DNA of 64,000 nt, taken from assembly GCA_951406725.2 (NCBI GenBank), contig OX597841.1, positions 16,554,001-16,618,000 of the forward strand, in the 5' to 3' direction. Of the stretch, positions 1 to 14,655 are shown piece by piece. The translations under genes were made by a program, and so were the position numbers. The notes beneath the pieces are model-generated. The model was not told the DNA's origin. It saw nothing but the letters and a program-made list of their open reading frames with translations, and made no database searches. Every line of letters starts with the position of its first letter. Positions within the stretch are counted from its first letter, which is position 1. This stretch comes from Octopus vulgaris. Taxonomy: Eukaryota.

Positions 1-90
1 AGATATACAGATACACATATGTATGCACATGCATATATACATATATACATCTACGTATACACCTATGATTGTACATATACATATATATAC

Positions 91-132
<42 letters not shown>

Positions 133-217
133 GTATATATATATATATATATATATATGTGTATATATATATGTATATATATATATGATTGTATATATAT
201 ATATGTATATATATATG

Positions 218-250
<33 letters not shown>

Positions 251-520
251 GTATATATATATGTATATATATATATATACTAATATGAATATACATATGT
301 GTGTATGTACGTATACATACATACATACACACGCATACACTTATTTAGACATACGCGATCACGAGCGAGTGGTGTCGAGTAAGAAACAAAACATACATAC
401 ACACACACACACATATATATATATACATATATATACATATACATACTTGCATACACACACACACACACACACGCACACCCACACACACACAATCACACAC
501 ACACACACACACACACCTGA
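1..520. repeat. Compound (TA)n/(TG)/(CA)n microsatellite
   Basis: Dinucleotide runs are directly visible; overlapping ORFs translate as YI/HT dipeptide repeats. Confidence 0.97.
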
Positions 521-896
521 AAAGTGATTAGTTCCAAAGGCCTTCAACTCCTCACTTCTGTCTGTATCTCGAAACACTTCGTCCTTGCCTTGAGAAACGT
601 AATGACCTTCTGGATAAAGTGTTGAAGTCGTAATCAACAAAGGCAGTTTCAATTCCAACGAGCAAATTGAATTGCACCCCTCCCACCCATCTCTTTTCTC
701 TCTCTCTTACGCGCACCTCTTGCCCCTCTCTCTGTTTCTCACTCTTTTTCATTGTCTTTTTTCTCTTTCGCTCGACCTCTCTCTTGGTTTGATTTTCTGT
801 CTATTCGTCTATCCACCAACCTGCTTACCTATCTCGGAACCAATGAATTTGTGTTTGTGCCTGTCAAACAATATAAGTGTCCACCTGTCCTTTTTA

Positions 897-1720
<824 letters not shown>

Positions 1721-2107
1721 TGTCCATCTATCGACAGCGATTCTTATTAGCGACAACCTGCAAATTATTTCCAAACTTCGGTTTGGTGTCTTTTATACTT
1801 CATCTCTGTCGAACATCGCCGCGGTACGCCGTCCATTACCGTGGACGCCTGCCAAACTAATTCATCTACACAGCCATGAAGTACGGACCGCTTCCTTCGT
1901 TGTTTCAAATTATCTTTGACCCCGGTGTTGGCGTTGAGAAGATGAAGAAAGGATAAGAAGGAAATGAAAAAAAAGAAGAAAAAAAAACCCTTAAAAGGTT
2001 CGCCTGTTTAATGGCAGCGTGCGAAAGATGTTACGCCTCATCACCGGTCTCAAAAGTTCCCTGTATCAGGTAGATATATATATGTGTATGCGTTTGTGTA
2101 TGTATGT

Positions 2108-2184
<77 letters not shown>

Positions 2185-2342
2185 TATCTATGTATGTATA
2201 TATTTACACATACATTTACGAAGATATATATACACATATATATATACATATACAAAGTTATATGTATATACATATACAATGATGTATATATATATATATA
2301 TATATCATTGTATATGTATATATATATATATGTATATATATG

Positions 2343-2394
<52 letters not shown>

Positions 2395-2574
2395 AACATA
2401 CATATACGAAGATATATATACACACATATATATACACACATATACACACATATATATATATATTTAAACATACATATACGAAGATATATATACACACATA
2501 TATATACACATATATATATACCTATATATATACATGTACAAAGCTATATGTATATATATATGTATATGTATATG

Positions 2575-2635
<61 letters not shown>

Positions 2636-2684
2636 GCGGACCTATATGTATGTATGTATATATACACACACACAAAAAAAATCT

Positions 2685-2855
2685 GGCTCTCCGTCGATTA
2701 CGAGGACGAGTGGGTTCTATTTGATCAGATCGAAGAAACAACCTGCGCGTGGAATTAAGGGGCTGAATACTCCCCAGCTACGTTTACCCTCAACGTAGTT
2801 CTAAAGGAGATGCAGCGTGGTGCCCTGAAATATAGTGGGCCCCTCGAGGTACAGG
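2685..2855 (-). mobile_element. Old, degraded 3' part of SINE family B
   Basis: ctccgtcgattacgaggacgag...cctgcgcgtggaattaa...ccctcaacgtagttct aligns by eye to the family B copy at 62116-62482. Confidence 0.65.
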
Positions 2856-2904
2856 CACTTCTCATATTTGGCAGCTGGGGGAGTGTGAAGCAGTGTGAAA
2901 GCGT

Positions 2905-3080
<176 letters not shown>

Positions 3081-3247
3081 TATTTGTGTATTAAGGACAC
3101 GAGGCGTTGGCGGGAATTGAACTGACACCCCCGCCTTCATAGATCGACTACCCTAATCCGGTGGTTCTGACATACCGATCGACAGCGAACAGGTGCTGTT
3201 TACAGTTGAATAGCCTGGGGCAACGTGAAATGAAGTGCCTACCTACA

Positions 3248-3484
3248 TACCTATTTCTTTATTACCCACAAGGGGCTAAACGTAGAGGGGACATACAAGG
3301 ACAGACATAGGTATTAAGTCGATTACATCGACCCCAGTGCGTAACTGGTACTTAATTTATCGACCCCGAAAGGATGAAAGGCAAAGTCGACCTCGGGGGA
3401 ATTTGAACTCGGAACGCAGTGGCGGACGAAATACCGCTAAGCATTTCGCCCGGCGTGCTAACGTTTCTGCCAGCTCGCCGCCTT
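3248..3484 (-). mobile_element. SINE family C, full length (tRNA-like head plus Meta/MESC-like central domain)
   Basis: Reverse complement starts GGCGGCGAGCTGGCAGAAACGTTAG (A box), has GAGTTCAAATTCC (B box), then GGTCGACTTTGCCTTTCATCCTTTCGGGGTCGATAAATTAAGTACCAG, and ends AAGAAATAGGTA. Near-identical copies at 12248-12485 and 63485-64000. Confidence 0.9.
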
Positions 3485-3834
3485 ATACCTACTTACCTAC
3501 CTACTTGCCTACCTGCCTGCCTACCTGTCCATCTATCGACAGCATAATGCATCGCCCGTCTGGGAATTGAAACCATGACCTCACGATGGGGGGTGCAACA
3601 TCCCAAGCTACACGCGCGCGCGCGCACGTAAACACACACGCACGCACACACGCACATACATACGCACATATATACTCACACGCACACAGACACAGACATA
3701 CACACATAGACAAACACGCACGCACACACCCATATAGACACATTCACGTATAGACACACACGCACATACATGCACGCCCGCACACTCATGCATCTACGCA
3801 CACACACACACAGACACACACACACATATATAGA

Positions 3835-4065
3835 GTCAATTCAAATAAATAAAGTCTGCAAATAGGCGGGTAAAAAACGAAACAAAAAACGAAACAAAAA
3901 GAACAAGAGAACGTGTACAAGAATTATATTAGTTTCACACTCGGTGAAATAGGAAAGTTTAACGTTTCGAGCATAGCTCTTCGTCGGAAAAGAGAACGGG
4001 CAAAATCCAAACCGAAGAAAGAAAACAAGAAATCACCAACGGGCCACGTGCGGTTACTTTACTGC
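3835..4065 (-). mobile_element. Penelope-like element terminal fragment with a variant hammerhead motif (3958-3990)
   Basis: Minus strand reads TTT CCGACGA A GAGC tat GCTC GAAAC GTT AAA; a homologous degraded copy lies at about 30820-31020. Confidence 0.55.
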
Positions 4066-4273
4066 ATGTGTATAGAGTGTTTTAAAGTGTATGAGGAATC
4101 CTTTTTTGTAGAAATTGGGTTTAAAACATTCGGGAGTTTCTTATAATCCCTATCAAAATCTTTTTTCTAGATTTTAAGCCCACAAAATTAGGAGTTTCCT
4201 TATACATATTAAAATACGGTATATATATAATTTATACACAAACTATACACATTAAGTATGTAGTTAGCAATAT

Positions 4274-4332
<59 letters not shown>

Positions 4333-5064
4333 TAACCTTCCCTTCTCTACCTTTCTCTCTCTCTCTCACTCCTCCTCATCTCTCTCACAGCCGGCCAAAT
4401 ACTTCCTTTTGCATGCGGCCTCCTAACTGTAAACACACGGTTTTCTTGCGCTCCTTGAATCTCTCCTCGTCTAGGCAAAAATAGGCCCTCTTTGGTTGTT
4501 TTCTTGTTTGTTTTTATTTCTTGTATTGTATTTTTTTGTAATTATATTTTTATTTTGTATTTTATTTTGTATTTTATTTTGTATTTTATTTTGTAATTTT
4601 ATTTGTATCGTTTTTACGTCCTGTTTGTGTCACATTTTGTTCTTTCCTTGTTTTTACCCCTCTGCGAAGTAATTTTGTTTAATTTCTGCGCAGGAAGGGC
4701 TAGTTCGACGAGTCGTGTTCTGTCCTCACCTTCGAAACACGCTGGAGTTGAACTAGGGACAGCTGATGAAGGGGATTTATCCTTCTGTAGTATGTCTTGT
4801 ACTCTGTTTTTTCGTTGTAAAAAAAGGTCCGTTTCCATGTTTGTTTTCACGTTTTCGTTCTCGTTGAGTTCTGCGTCTATTTGTGGTGTCCTATACTCAC
4901 GTATATATATTTATATATGCATGTATATATACATGTAGATGTAGGTACGTGCATATATGTATGTATGCATATATTTTATTTATTACACAATTGTATGATT
5001 GAGCGCCCTCGCGTCGATTCGATTCGATTCGTTTCGTTTCGTTTCGTTTCTTCTTCTCCCAGTA

Positions 5065-5146
<82 letters not shown>

Positions 5147-5280
5147 ATATATACATATATATATGCATATATATGTGTGTATATAAATTTATATATGTAT
5201 ATATGTGTGCATATATATGTGTATATATATGTGTGTATATATATATGTGTATATATATGTATATTATATATATTATATAC

Positions 5281-5360
<80 letters not shown>

Positions 5361-5499
5361 ATATATGTATATATATATGTATGTATATATATGTTAAATG
5401 TGGGGAGCAAGACAGACGCAGAGTCCGTGTTTTGTGCCGTAAGGAAGTGGCAATTGTTCTCCCGAGGCAAATAAAGACAGAATCTGAAGAATAATAACT

Positions 5500-5699
5500 A
5501 TCAGTACCAGCATCACCATCATCATGATTATCATCATCATCATCATCATCACCATCATCATCTTCATCATCACCATCATCTTCATCATCATCAATATCAC
5601 CATCATCTTAATCATCATCATCATCACCATCATCATCATCATCTTCATCATCACCATCATCTTCATCATCATCAACATCATCATCATCACCATCATCAC

Positions 5700-5731
<32 letters not shown>

Positions 5732-5910
5732 ACATCATCATCATCATCATCATCATCACCACCACTTTCATCATCATCATCATCAACATCAACATCATCA
5801 TCATCATCACCATCACCATCATCATCATCACCATCATCATCATAGATTTTGGTGATAAGAACTGCTGCAATAACAATCACGTCTGTAACAAAAAAAAAAC
5901 AACAACATTC

Positions 5911-5941
<31 letters not shown>

Positions 5942-6269
5942 CGACGACGACGGCAATAATAACAATGATAGTGATGTTTTCTGTTGCTCTTTCGCTGCTG
6001 CTGCTGCTGTTGTTGTTGTTGTTGCTGTTCTTCTTCTTGCTGATGACGACGACGATGACGATGACGATGACGATGATGATGATGATGATGATGATGATGT
6101 TGCGAGACAAAAGACACAGGGACACAAAGGTGTACCGTTTGGGTGCTTCACAATGTAATAATAATAATGATGATGATGGTGATGATGATGATGGTGATGA
6201 TGATGATGAAGATGATGATGATGATGGTGATGATGATGATGATGATGGTTGTGGTGGTGGTGGTGATGG

Positions 6270-6300
<31 letters not shown>

Positions 6301-6390
6301 GATGATGATGGTGATGGTGATGATGGTGATGATGGTGATGATGATGGTGATGATGAGGATGATAACATTAGTGATGACGATGATGATGTT
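5500..6390. repeat. Compound trinucleotide field (CAT)n-(CAA)n-(CTG/TTG)n-(GAT)n-(GAT/GGT)n
   Basis: Directly visible; poly-I/M/H/D ORFs arise in several frames on both strands. Confidence 0.95.
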
Positions 6391-6531
6391 AATATGTGTG
6401 TGTTTATGTGTGTATGTGTGTGTGTGTGTGTGTGTGGAGGGGGGGTGAATGTGTGTGTATATATGCAAAGATAGCCAGAATGATAAAAATAGATATACAT
6501 ACATATATATACAAATATAAAGATGTGCATA

Positions 6532-6595
<64 letters not shown>

Positions 6596-6711
6596 ACACA
6601 CACACACAGACACACTTATATTCACTACAATGAATGCATATATTTATGCATGTATATATAAGTATATGTATATATAAATATATTTCTACGATATATAAAT
6701 ATTCACATATA

Positions 6712-6881
<170 letters not shown>

Positions 6882-7110
6882 CATATATGTATGCATATAT
6901 ATATGTATATACACATACATATATACATGTATATATATATGTATACTTATATATAGATTTGTATATACATATATGCATATGCATGTGTGCGTATATTTGA
7001 TGTATCGATACATCGATTGAACAGTGCCAGGATGTGTTAATCTGAAAGGAAATTATCTCCCGTATAAATCAATGCACAAACGACAAGGCCAACACACACA
7101 CCACACACAC

Positions 7111-7150
<40 letters not shown>

Positions 7151-7222
7151 ATAAGAAGGAATGTATGTATGTGTGTGTGTATATATATATATATATATAC
7201 GTATATATGTGTGAGAAATAAT

Positions 7223-7260
<38 letters not shown>

Positions 7261-7382
7261 GCACACACAAATAAGATATGTATGTATATCTTCATAAAAA
7301 ATTAGATATACAGCTATGCGCATGCCCACACAAATGCACACGGAATCACACACACATATGTGAGTTTTTTGTAGATATTTAG

Positions 7383-7497
<115 letters not shown>

Positions 7498-7613
7498 ATA
7501 CCTATACACACACACACACATACACACATTTAAGGCGGTGCTCCAGCATGGCCGCAGTCAAATGACTGACACAAGTAAAAGAATAAAAGATTAAAAAATA
7601 TGTTTCTCTGTGC

Positions 7614-7648
<35 letters not shown>

Positions 7649-7654
7649 TGTATG

Positions 7655-7728
<74 letters not shown>

Positions 7729-7758
7729 TATATAGGTACATATATATATATACATACA

Positions 7759-7807
<49 letters not shown>

Positions 7808-7985
7808 ACTGCCACACATACATACAGGGACACTCCAGCACAGGCGCATTAACCTACCAGCTTCTTACGGTCTTCTCACATGCGCCTTCGGACACCGAAC
7901 CAGATTTATAGAGAACACACTCAGCATACGCAACCCTCCCGCCACACACTCACAAACACACCTACTTTCTACTCGCTTATATATT

Positions 7986-8040
<55 letters not shown>

Positions 8041-8219
8041 GTATATATATATATGTATATATATGTATATATATATATATATATGTACTGTATATATATA
8101 TATGTATATATATATGTATATATATATATGTATATATATATACATATATATATAAATATATATATATATACCTATATACATATATACATATATATACATA
8201 TATACATATATATATATAC

Positions 8220-8273
<54 letters not shown>

Positions 8274-9045
8274 ATATATACATACATACATATATATATA
8301 TACATATATATATATACATATATATATACATATATACATATATACATATATATACATATATACATATATATATGTACATATATACATCTATATATATATA
8401 TACATATACATATACATATATATATACATATATATATACATATATATATTTATACATATATATATATATATATATATACATATATACACTGTCACAGATG
8501 CTGGGTCCACAACACACACATATACACCTGCTCACACGCATACACGTATAGACACCACATTCAAACACACACACACACACACACACACATACACACACAT
8601 ACACACACACATATATATTTATACACACTCACACTAATGCGCGTGGTGCTCTTCATATATTTTCATATTTGGCCCCAGGGGGGAAGTGCGGTTGTGTAAC
8701 AATACATACCGCAAAATGATAATGTTCTGTTTAGATTTCAAGCGAGAAATTGGATTTTTTTCCCTTCGTCAATTAATTCTTTGTATTACAAATTTTTTTC
8801 GTTCCCTCAGAAAATATGTATACAACAGATCTGTCTGCCCGGCTGTCTGTCTGTGTGTCTCTGTGTATCTGTGTGTGTGTGTGTGTGTGTGTGTTTACTT
8901 GGGCGTGTGTGAGTGTGTGTACGTGGGTCGGGTTCTTTTTTTTTCTTAACCGAACGTCTATCTTTCTAGATATGCCTTCAGATCGATACTTATCTGCAAG
9001 GCGATTATCTCTCTCTCTCTCTCTCCCTCTCTATCTAACTATCTA

Positions 9046-9082
<37 letters not shown>

Positions 9083-9115
9083 GTTTGTCTGTCTGTCTGT
9101 CTGTCTGTCTATCTG

Positions 9116-9160
<45 letters not shown>

Positions 9161-9169
9161 ATATGTCTG

Positions 9170-9221
<52 letters not shown>

Positions 9222-9355
9222 GGTATCTCTTTGTCTATCTCTCTCTCTCTCTCTCTCTCTGTCTATCTGTCTAGCATTCAATCGATCTTATGTATATATT
9301 TTATATATCTATTTAGCGGTCTATCTATCTATCTATATATTTAGCTATTTCTCTC

Positions 9356-9421
<66 letters not shown>

Positions 9422-9723
9422 TCTCTATGTTAGTCTATCTTCAATAAAAACAAACTTTTCCTTCATGAGTACCTTAACCCAACTAGCGATTGTGTATCCA
9501 TGAATTATCCGACGATCGCAAGCCAGAAACCATTTACTGTAAAATAAAATTTGTAATTCTAACTCTTATATATAGCATATCAATTTTCTGTGAACTAATT
9601 TGAACATACATACATACATACATACATACATACATACATACATACATACATACATACATACATACATACATACATGCATGCATGCACACACACACACACA
9701 CACACACACATACATACATACAT

Positions 9724-10403
9724 GAGTTAACACCGAAGATATCACCCACAGGATAAGCAGTTGTCCGAAAATGACATCACGGTATTATCTACCGATGAGA
9801 CATGACGTAGCTAGGACAGTCTATAATGAAATCCGTCGGAAGGATAATTCCGAGGACAAAGAAATAAGAACCCACAATATGGTAGAAGCCATAACCACTC
9901 ATAATAAGAAGGAACAGTGGTGGAATGTCCCAGTGAAAACCTCAATAGAATGTAAGCATAACAGGCCTGATATAATGATTTGGGATGGAGAAGAGAAACT
10001 GTGCACAGTTGTGGAAATTAGCTGCCCAGCGGATGTTAACATAAAGCTGAAGATCAGTGAAAAAGAGAACACCTATGCTGAACTATTGAGAAATCTTCAG
10101 TTACTCTATGTAGATTACATGTTCAGGTTTATATCTGTAATTATTGGGGCCCTGGGTTATGTAACTCACTCCCTAAATACTTGAGAAATTAGGCTTCTCA
10201 AATACTTGAGAAATTAGGCTTCTCAAAACCGGGAAGGAGAATTCGAAGATTTACAGATCCGATCCTTTACTGGAAGTATAAAAATCTATAAAACTTTCCA
10301 GAAGTTTATTATTTAAATATATATGAGCATGTCTAGACATGCAACGATATGCATGAGAATATATACGTAAAGCAAAACATACAAATCTGCACACATACAT
10401 ACA

Positions 10404-10437
<34 letters not shown>

Positions 10438-10920
10438 CAAACATACATACATACATACATACATACATACATACATACATACATACATACATACATACAT
10501 ACATACATACATACATACATACATACAAACATACATACATACATACATACATACAGACATACATACCCTGTTGTTGATGTTGAAATTCCAATGAAGGAGC
10601 TATGAGACTATGTTAGAAACCGATTCTTTCTCTATTGGTAAGAAATCTTGAAATTAACTGATCCAATCCATCGCTGGAACTGTAAAAATTTTGTAAAACT
10701 TTGCAGAAGTTTATCAATGAAATATACATGAGCATATCTAGACATGACACTATATACATGAGAATACCTACATAAAAGAAAGCATACAAATATGCATGTA
10801 TACATACATACACACATACAAAAATACTCTAGTGATGTTGAAATTCCAGTGAAGGAGCATTGTATCTAGGTTAAGAACCGGCTATTTAATGACAAAAAAT
10901 CTTGAAATAAAACTGAATAA
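9724..10920 (+). mobile_element. 5'-truncated non-LTR retrotransposon (R4/Dong-like RLE clade): zinc-knuckle end, restriction-like endonuclease, and a tandemly duplicated 3' end
   Basis: ORF 9771-10184 has RHD..A, NRPDIMIWD, VVEISCP..N.....EK...Y and VIIGALG (PD-(D/E)xK RLE motifs), preceded by EDITH.ISSC. There is a 25-bp internal duplication (10175-10224) and a second diverged 3' end at about 10657-10920. Confidence 0.9.
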
Positions 10921-11136
10921 TTACCTGCCGTTTGCAAGTAGAAGGCGGTCGAATGGGAAATAATCACTAACTGGTTAAGTGTTGGAATAGTAAAATGACA
11001 GTGAGTGGAAGGATAAGGTGTTAATCATGCTTGCGCGTTGCAGGAGAATAGGAGCGATTTAGTGCGAAATGTTGAATGAGAGTAGCTAAAATGTGTGAGA
11101 TCGATTACAACGTACAATTATCATGCACATTATCAT

Positions 11137-11297
11137 GCGCAGGAGTGGCTGTGTGGTAAGTAGCTTGCTTACCAACCACATGGTTCCGGGTTCAGTCCCA
11201 CTGCGTGGCACCTTGGGCAAGTGTCTTTTGCTATAGCCCCGGGCCGACCAATGCCTTGTGAGTGGATTTGGTAGACGGAAACTGAAAGGAGCCTGTC

Positions 11298-11380
<83 letters not shown>

Positions 11381-11615
11381 TGTGTGTGTATGTTTGTGTG
11401 TCTGTGTTTGTCCCCCTAGCATTGCTTGACAACCGATGCTGGTGTGTTTACGTCCCCGTCACTTAGCGGTTCGGCAAAAAAGAGACCGATAGAATAAGTA
11501 CTGGGCTTACAAAAAGAATAAGTCCCGGGATCGAGTTGCTCGATTAAAGGCAATGCTCCAGCATGGCCACAGTCACATGACTGAAACAAGTAAAAGAGTA
11601 AAAGAGTAAAGAGTA
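11137..11615 (+). mobile_element. SINE family A, full length (tRNA-like head, CORE-like segment, internal (TA)n(TG)n, (TAAAAGAG)n tail)
   Basis: GCGCAGGAGTGGCTGTGTGGTAAG (A box), GGGTTCAGTCCC (B box), CACCTTGGGCAAGTGTCTT (CORE-like), tail GGCGGTGCTCCAGCATGGCC...AAGTAAAAGAG. More than ten copies or fragments in the window. Confidence 0.92.
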
Positions 11616-11810
11616 TGTGACATCATTGACCGAGGTTACCGTGGTCTTTTCTGTAGGCTTTTCTTTCCACGGGTAAACCTCACCTGTCCTCCCCTTTACA
11701 ATTTATATTGACATTTCTGTGATAACGATCCCTATTGATCGATTTTTTCTTTTTCCTTTTATTTTTATTCCGCCCCCCTTTTTTTTTGCTTTCCTCTTTC
11801 TTTCCTTTTA
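11615..11810 (+). mobile_element. Interspersed repeat family D (LINE 3'-UTR-like), partial
   Basis: tgtgacatcattgaccgaggttaccgtggtcttttc...gatccctattgatc is nearly identical to 55651-55780. Confidence 0.75.
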
Positions 11811-11864
11811 CGAGTAAAAGAGTATATGCACGTATGTGTGTATGTATGTTTTTGCACGTATGAC

Positions 11865-12070
11865 TGTGTTTGTGTTTGTCTCCCATCACCTCCTGACAAT
11901 CAGTGTTGGTGTCCTTAGGTCACTGTGACTTAGCGGTTCGGCAAAAGACAGAAGAAGCCTATAGAGTAAGAATGAGGCTTAAGAAAATAAGTACCGGTCG
12001 TTGAATTGTTCGGCTAAGCATTCTTCGAGGCGGTGCTCCATCATGGCCGCACTTCGAATGAGTGAAACGA
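11865..12070 (+). mobile_element. Old SINE family A, 3' half
   Basis: gtgacttagcggttcggcaaaaga...ggcggtgctccatcatggccgca, a diverged match to family A. Confidence 0.75.
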
Positions 12071-12112
12071 TAGGAAAGCATTTTCTATACATCGGCTGGA
12101 GTTGTTGTATGG

Positions 12113-12785
12113 AGGCGGAAGCGAGCTGGCAGAATCGTTAGCACGCCGGGCGAAATGCTTAGCGGTATTTCGTCTGCCGCTAAGTTCTGAGTTCAAATTC
12201 CGCCGAAGTCGACTTTGCCTTTCATCCTTTCGGGGTCGATAAATTAAATACCTATTTCTTTACTACCCACAAGGGGCTAAACACAGAGGGGATAAACAAG
12301 GACAGACAAACGGATTAAGTCGATTACATCGACCCCAGTGCGTAACTGGTACTTAATTTATCGACCCCGAAAGGATGAAAGGCAAAGTCGACCTCGGCAG
12401 AATTTGAACTCAGAACGTAGCGGCAGATGAAATACCGCTAAGCATTTCGCCCGGCGTGCTAACGTTTCTGCCATCTCGCCGCCTTTTAAATTAAGTACCA
12501 GTTACTCACTGGAGTCGATGTAATCCGTCGACTTAATCCGTTTGCCTGTCCTTGTTTGTCCCCTCTGTGTTTAGCCCCTTGTAGGTAGTAAAGAAATAGG
12601 TATTTCGTCTGCCGCTACGTTCTGAGTTCAAATTCCGCCGAGGTCGACTTTGCCTTTCATCCTTTCGGGGTCGATAAATTAACTACTAGTTACGCACTGG
12701 GGTCGATGTAATCGAATTAATCCCTTTGTCTGTCCTTGTTTGTCCCCTCTATGTTTAGCCCCTTGTGGGCAAGAAAGAAATAAGA
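12113..12785. mobile_element. Nested cluster of SINE family C: plus copy interrupted by a full minus copy, followed by a headless plus copy
   Basis: Plus head 12113-12247; minus full copy 12248-12485 flanked by taaattaa; plus continuation to 12602; then restart at GGTATTTCGTCTGCC to about 12785. Confidence 0.9.
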
Positions 12786-12827
12786 AGCTTGCCTCCCTGT
12801 CACATGGTTCAGTATATTTGCTACCTA

Positions 12828-13235
12828 AATATGGCGGACCAATAGGGGACGATGCCAGAGATAGATAGATCGATAGACAGATAGATAGGCAGGGAGATAG
12901 ATAGATAACTAGCTAGTTTGATTAGATAGATAGATAGAAAGATAGATAGATAGAAAGATAGATAGATAAATAGATAGAATGATTGATGGATAGAAGGCTA
13001 GATAGACAGACAGATATGTTTCTTTATTAGCCACACAGGGTTGCACACAGATAGAATAAATTACATGGCGGACCAATAGGGGACGATTCCAGAGATAGAC
13101 AGACAGATAGATAGACAGATAGATAGATAGATAACTTTTTATTGTCGCCACACAGAGCGAAACAGAATAAAAATGGACAAAATACAATGTAGAGTTTTTT
13201 CTTTTCGAGGTGGGATGGGTGGGACATACGAAGAA
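12828..13235 (-). mobile_element. Short family D-type 3' tails embedded in (GATA)n
   Basis: Reverse complement of 13015-13050 is TGTGTGCAACCCTGTGTGGCTAATAAAGAAACATATC, as at 55940-55975. A related tail lies at 13130-13230, and atggcggaccaataggggacga is duplicated at 12830 and 13066. Confidence 0.7.
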
Positions 13236-13312
13236 AAAAAATGGATAGATAAACAGTCAGGTAGATAGAATAATAGATAGATTGATAGATAAATTGATAC
13301 ATTGATAGATAG

Positions 13313-13418
<106 letters not shown>

Positions 13419-13929
13419 GGTTGGTTGGATGGATGGATAGATTGATTGATGGATAAAAGGATAGATAGGCAGATAGATAGAGGCAATGAAAGAGAGGAAA
13501 TATCTAGCTATATGACTTATTATATAGGAAACTGCTGTTTAACCCCGCATTTACGCCGCCAAACATAACAAAGATATAAATCCCTCTCCCTCTCTCACAC
13601 ACACACGTACACACACATTTCTATAAGTGTAAACCTGCGAGCGTATACGTGTATACGTGTGTATGTGTGTGCATAGAGCCAGCAACGATGCCGTTGCTGC
13701 ATCAACTGCCCAACCGGTATAGGCTTAGGTGTTTGACTTTGAATAAATATTGTTACATCATCAAAGTAAGTGTTTTTTCATTATTACGTCAGCGCTGACG
13801 TCACTGTCAGCAACCTCGTTCTGTTATACACCTGCGCGCTAACATAGGATGTATGCAAATATGGATACACTCATTTGGAATAGATAGATAGATAAATAGG
13901 TATATACGTACATGCGTACGTCCATATGC

Positions 13930-13999
<70 letters not shown>

Positions 14000-14040
14000 G
14001 TGTCTGTCTGTCTAGCTATCTACCTGTCTTTCCTCATGTG

Positions 14041-14089
<49 letters not shown>

Positions 14090-14091
14090 GA

Positions 14092-14217
14092 GCTTACTAG
14101 CCACATGGTTCCGTGTTCAGTTCCACCGCGTGGCACTTCGGACAGGTGTCTTATACTATAGCCTTGGGCCGACCAATGCCTTGTGAATGGATTTGGTAGA
14201 TGGAAACTGAAAGAAGC

Positions 14218-14249
<32 letters not shown>

Positions 14250-14352
14250 CGTGTGTGTTTGGCGTGTTTGTGTGCTCCCTCCCCCACTATCACTTGACTA
14301 TTGATGCTGGTGTGTTTGCGTTCATGTAACTTAGCGGTGCGGCAAAAGAGAC
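14092..14352 (+). mobile_element. SINE family A, partial (3' end lost at a DNA transposon junction)
   Basis: ccacatggttccgtgttcagttccacc...taacttagcggtgcggcaaaagagacc. Confidence 0.8.
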
Positions 14353-14363
14353 CCACATATATA

Positions 14364-14655
14364 CAGGATTGGGTAAATAATCTCTCGTCTAAATTGCCCA
14401 AAAAGGAAAATGGCACTGACATCTCATTTTAACAGACATATTTACCAAAATCATACAAAAATATCTTGAAATACTAAAGAGTAAATTTATTCAATAAAAT
14501 CGCCATTGGCTTCAACCACGCTCTCTGGAATCTCCTGCAACGGTCTCCTTGTTCAAGTTGATGAATGCTGCCTTCAGTTCATCTTTGGTATTACAAGGAG
14601 TTTTGTTGGTCTCTCATTCAACTGCACCCTATACATAATAATCAAGGGGGTTGCA
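14364..14655 (-). mobile_element. Tc1/mariner-superfamily (maT/DD37D-like) transposase C-terminal relic with terminal repeat
   Basis: Minus-strand translation with stops and frameshifts: CNPLDYYV*GAVE*ETNKTPCNTKDELKA..AFINLNKETV..RRFQ..VVEANGDFIE*. The end begins TA|CAGG at 14362-14367. Confidence 0.8.
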
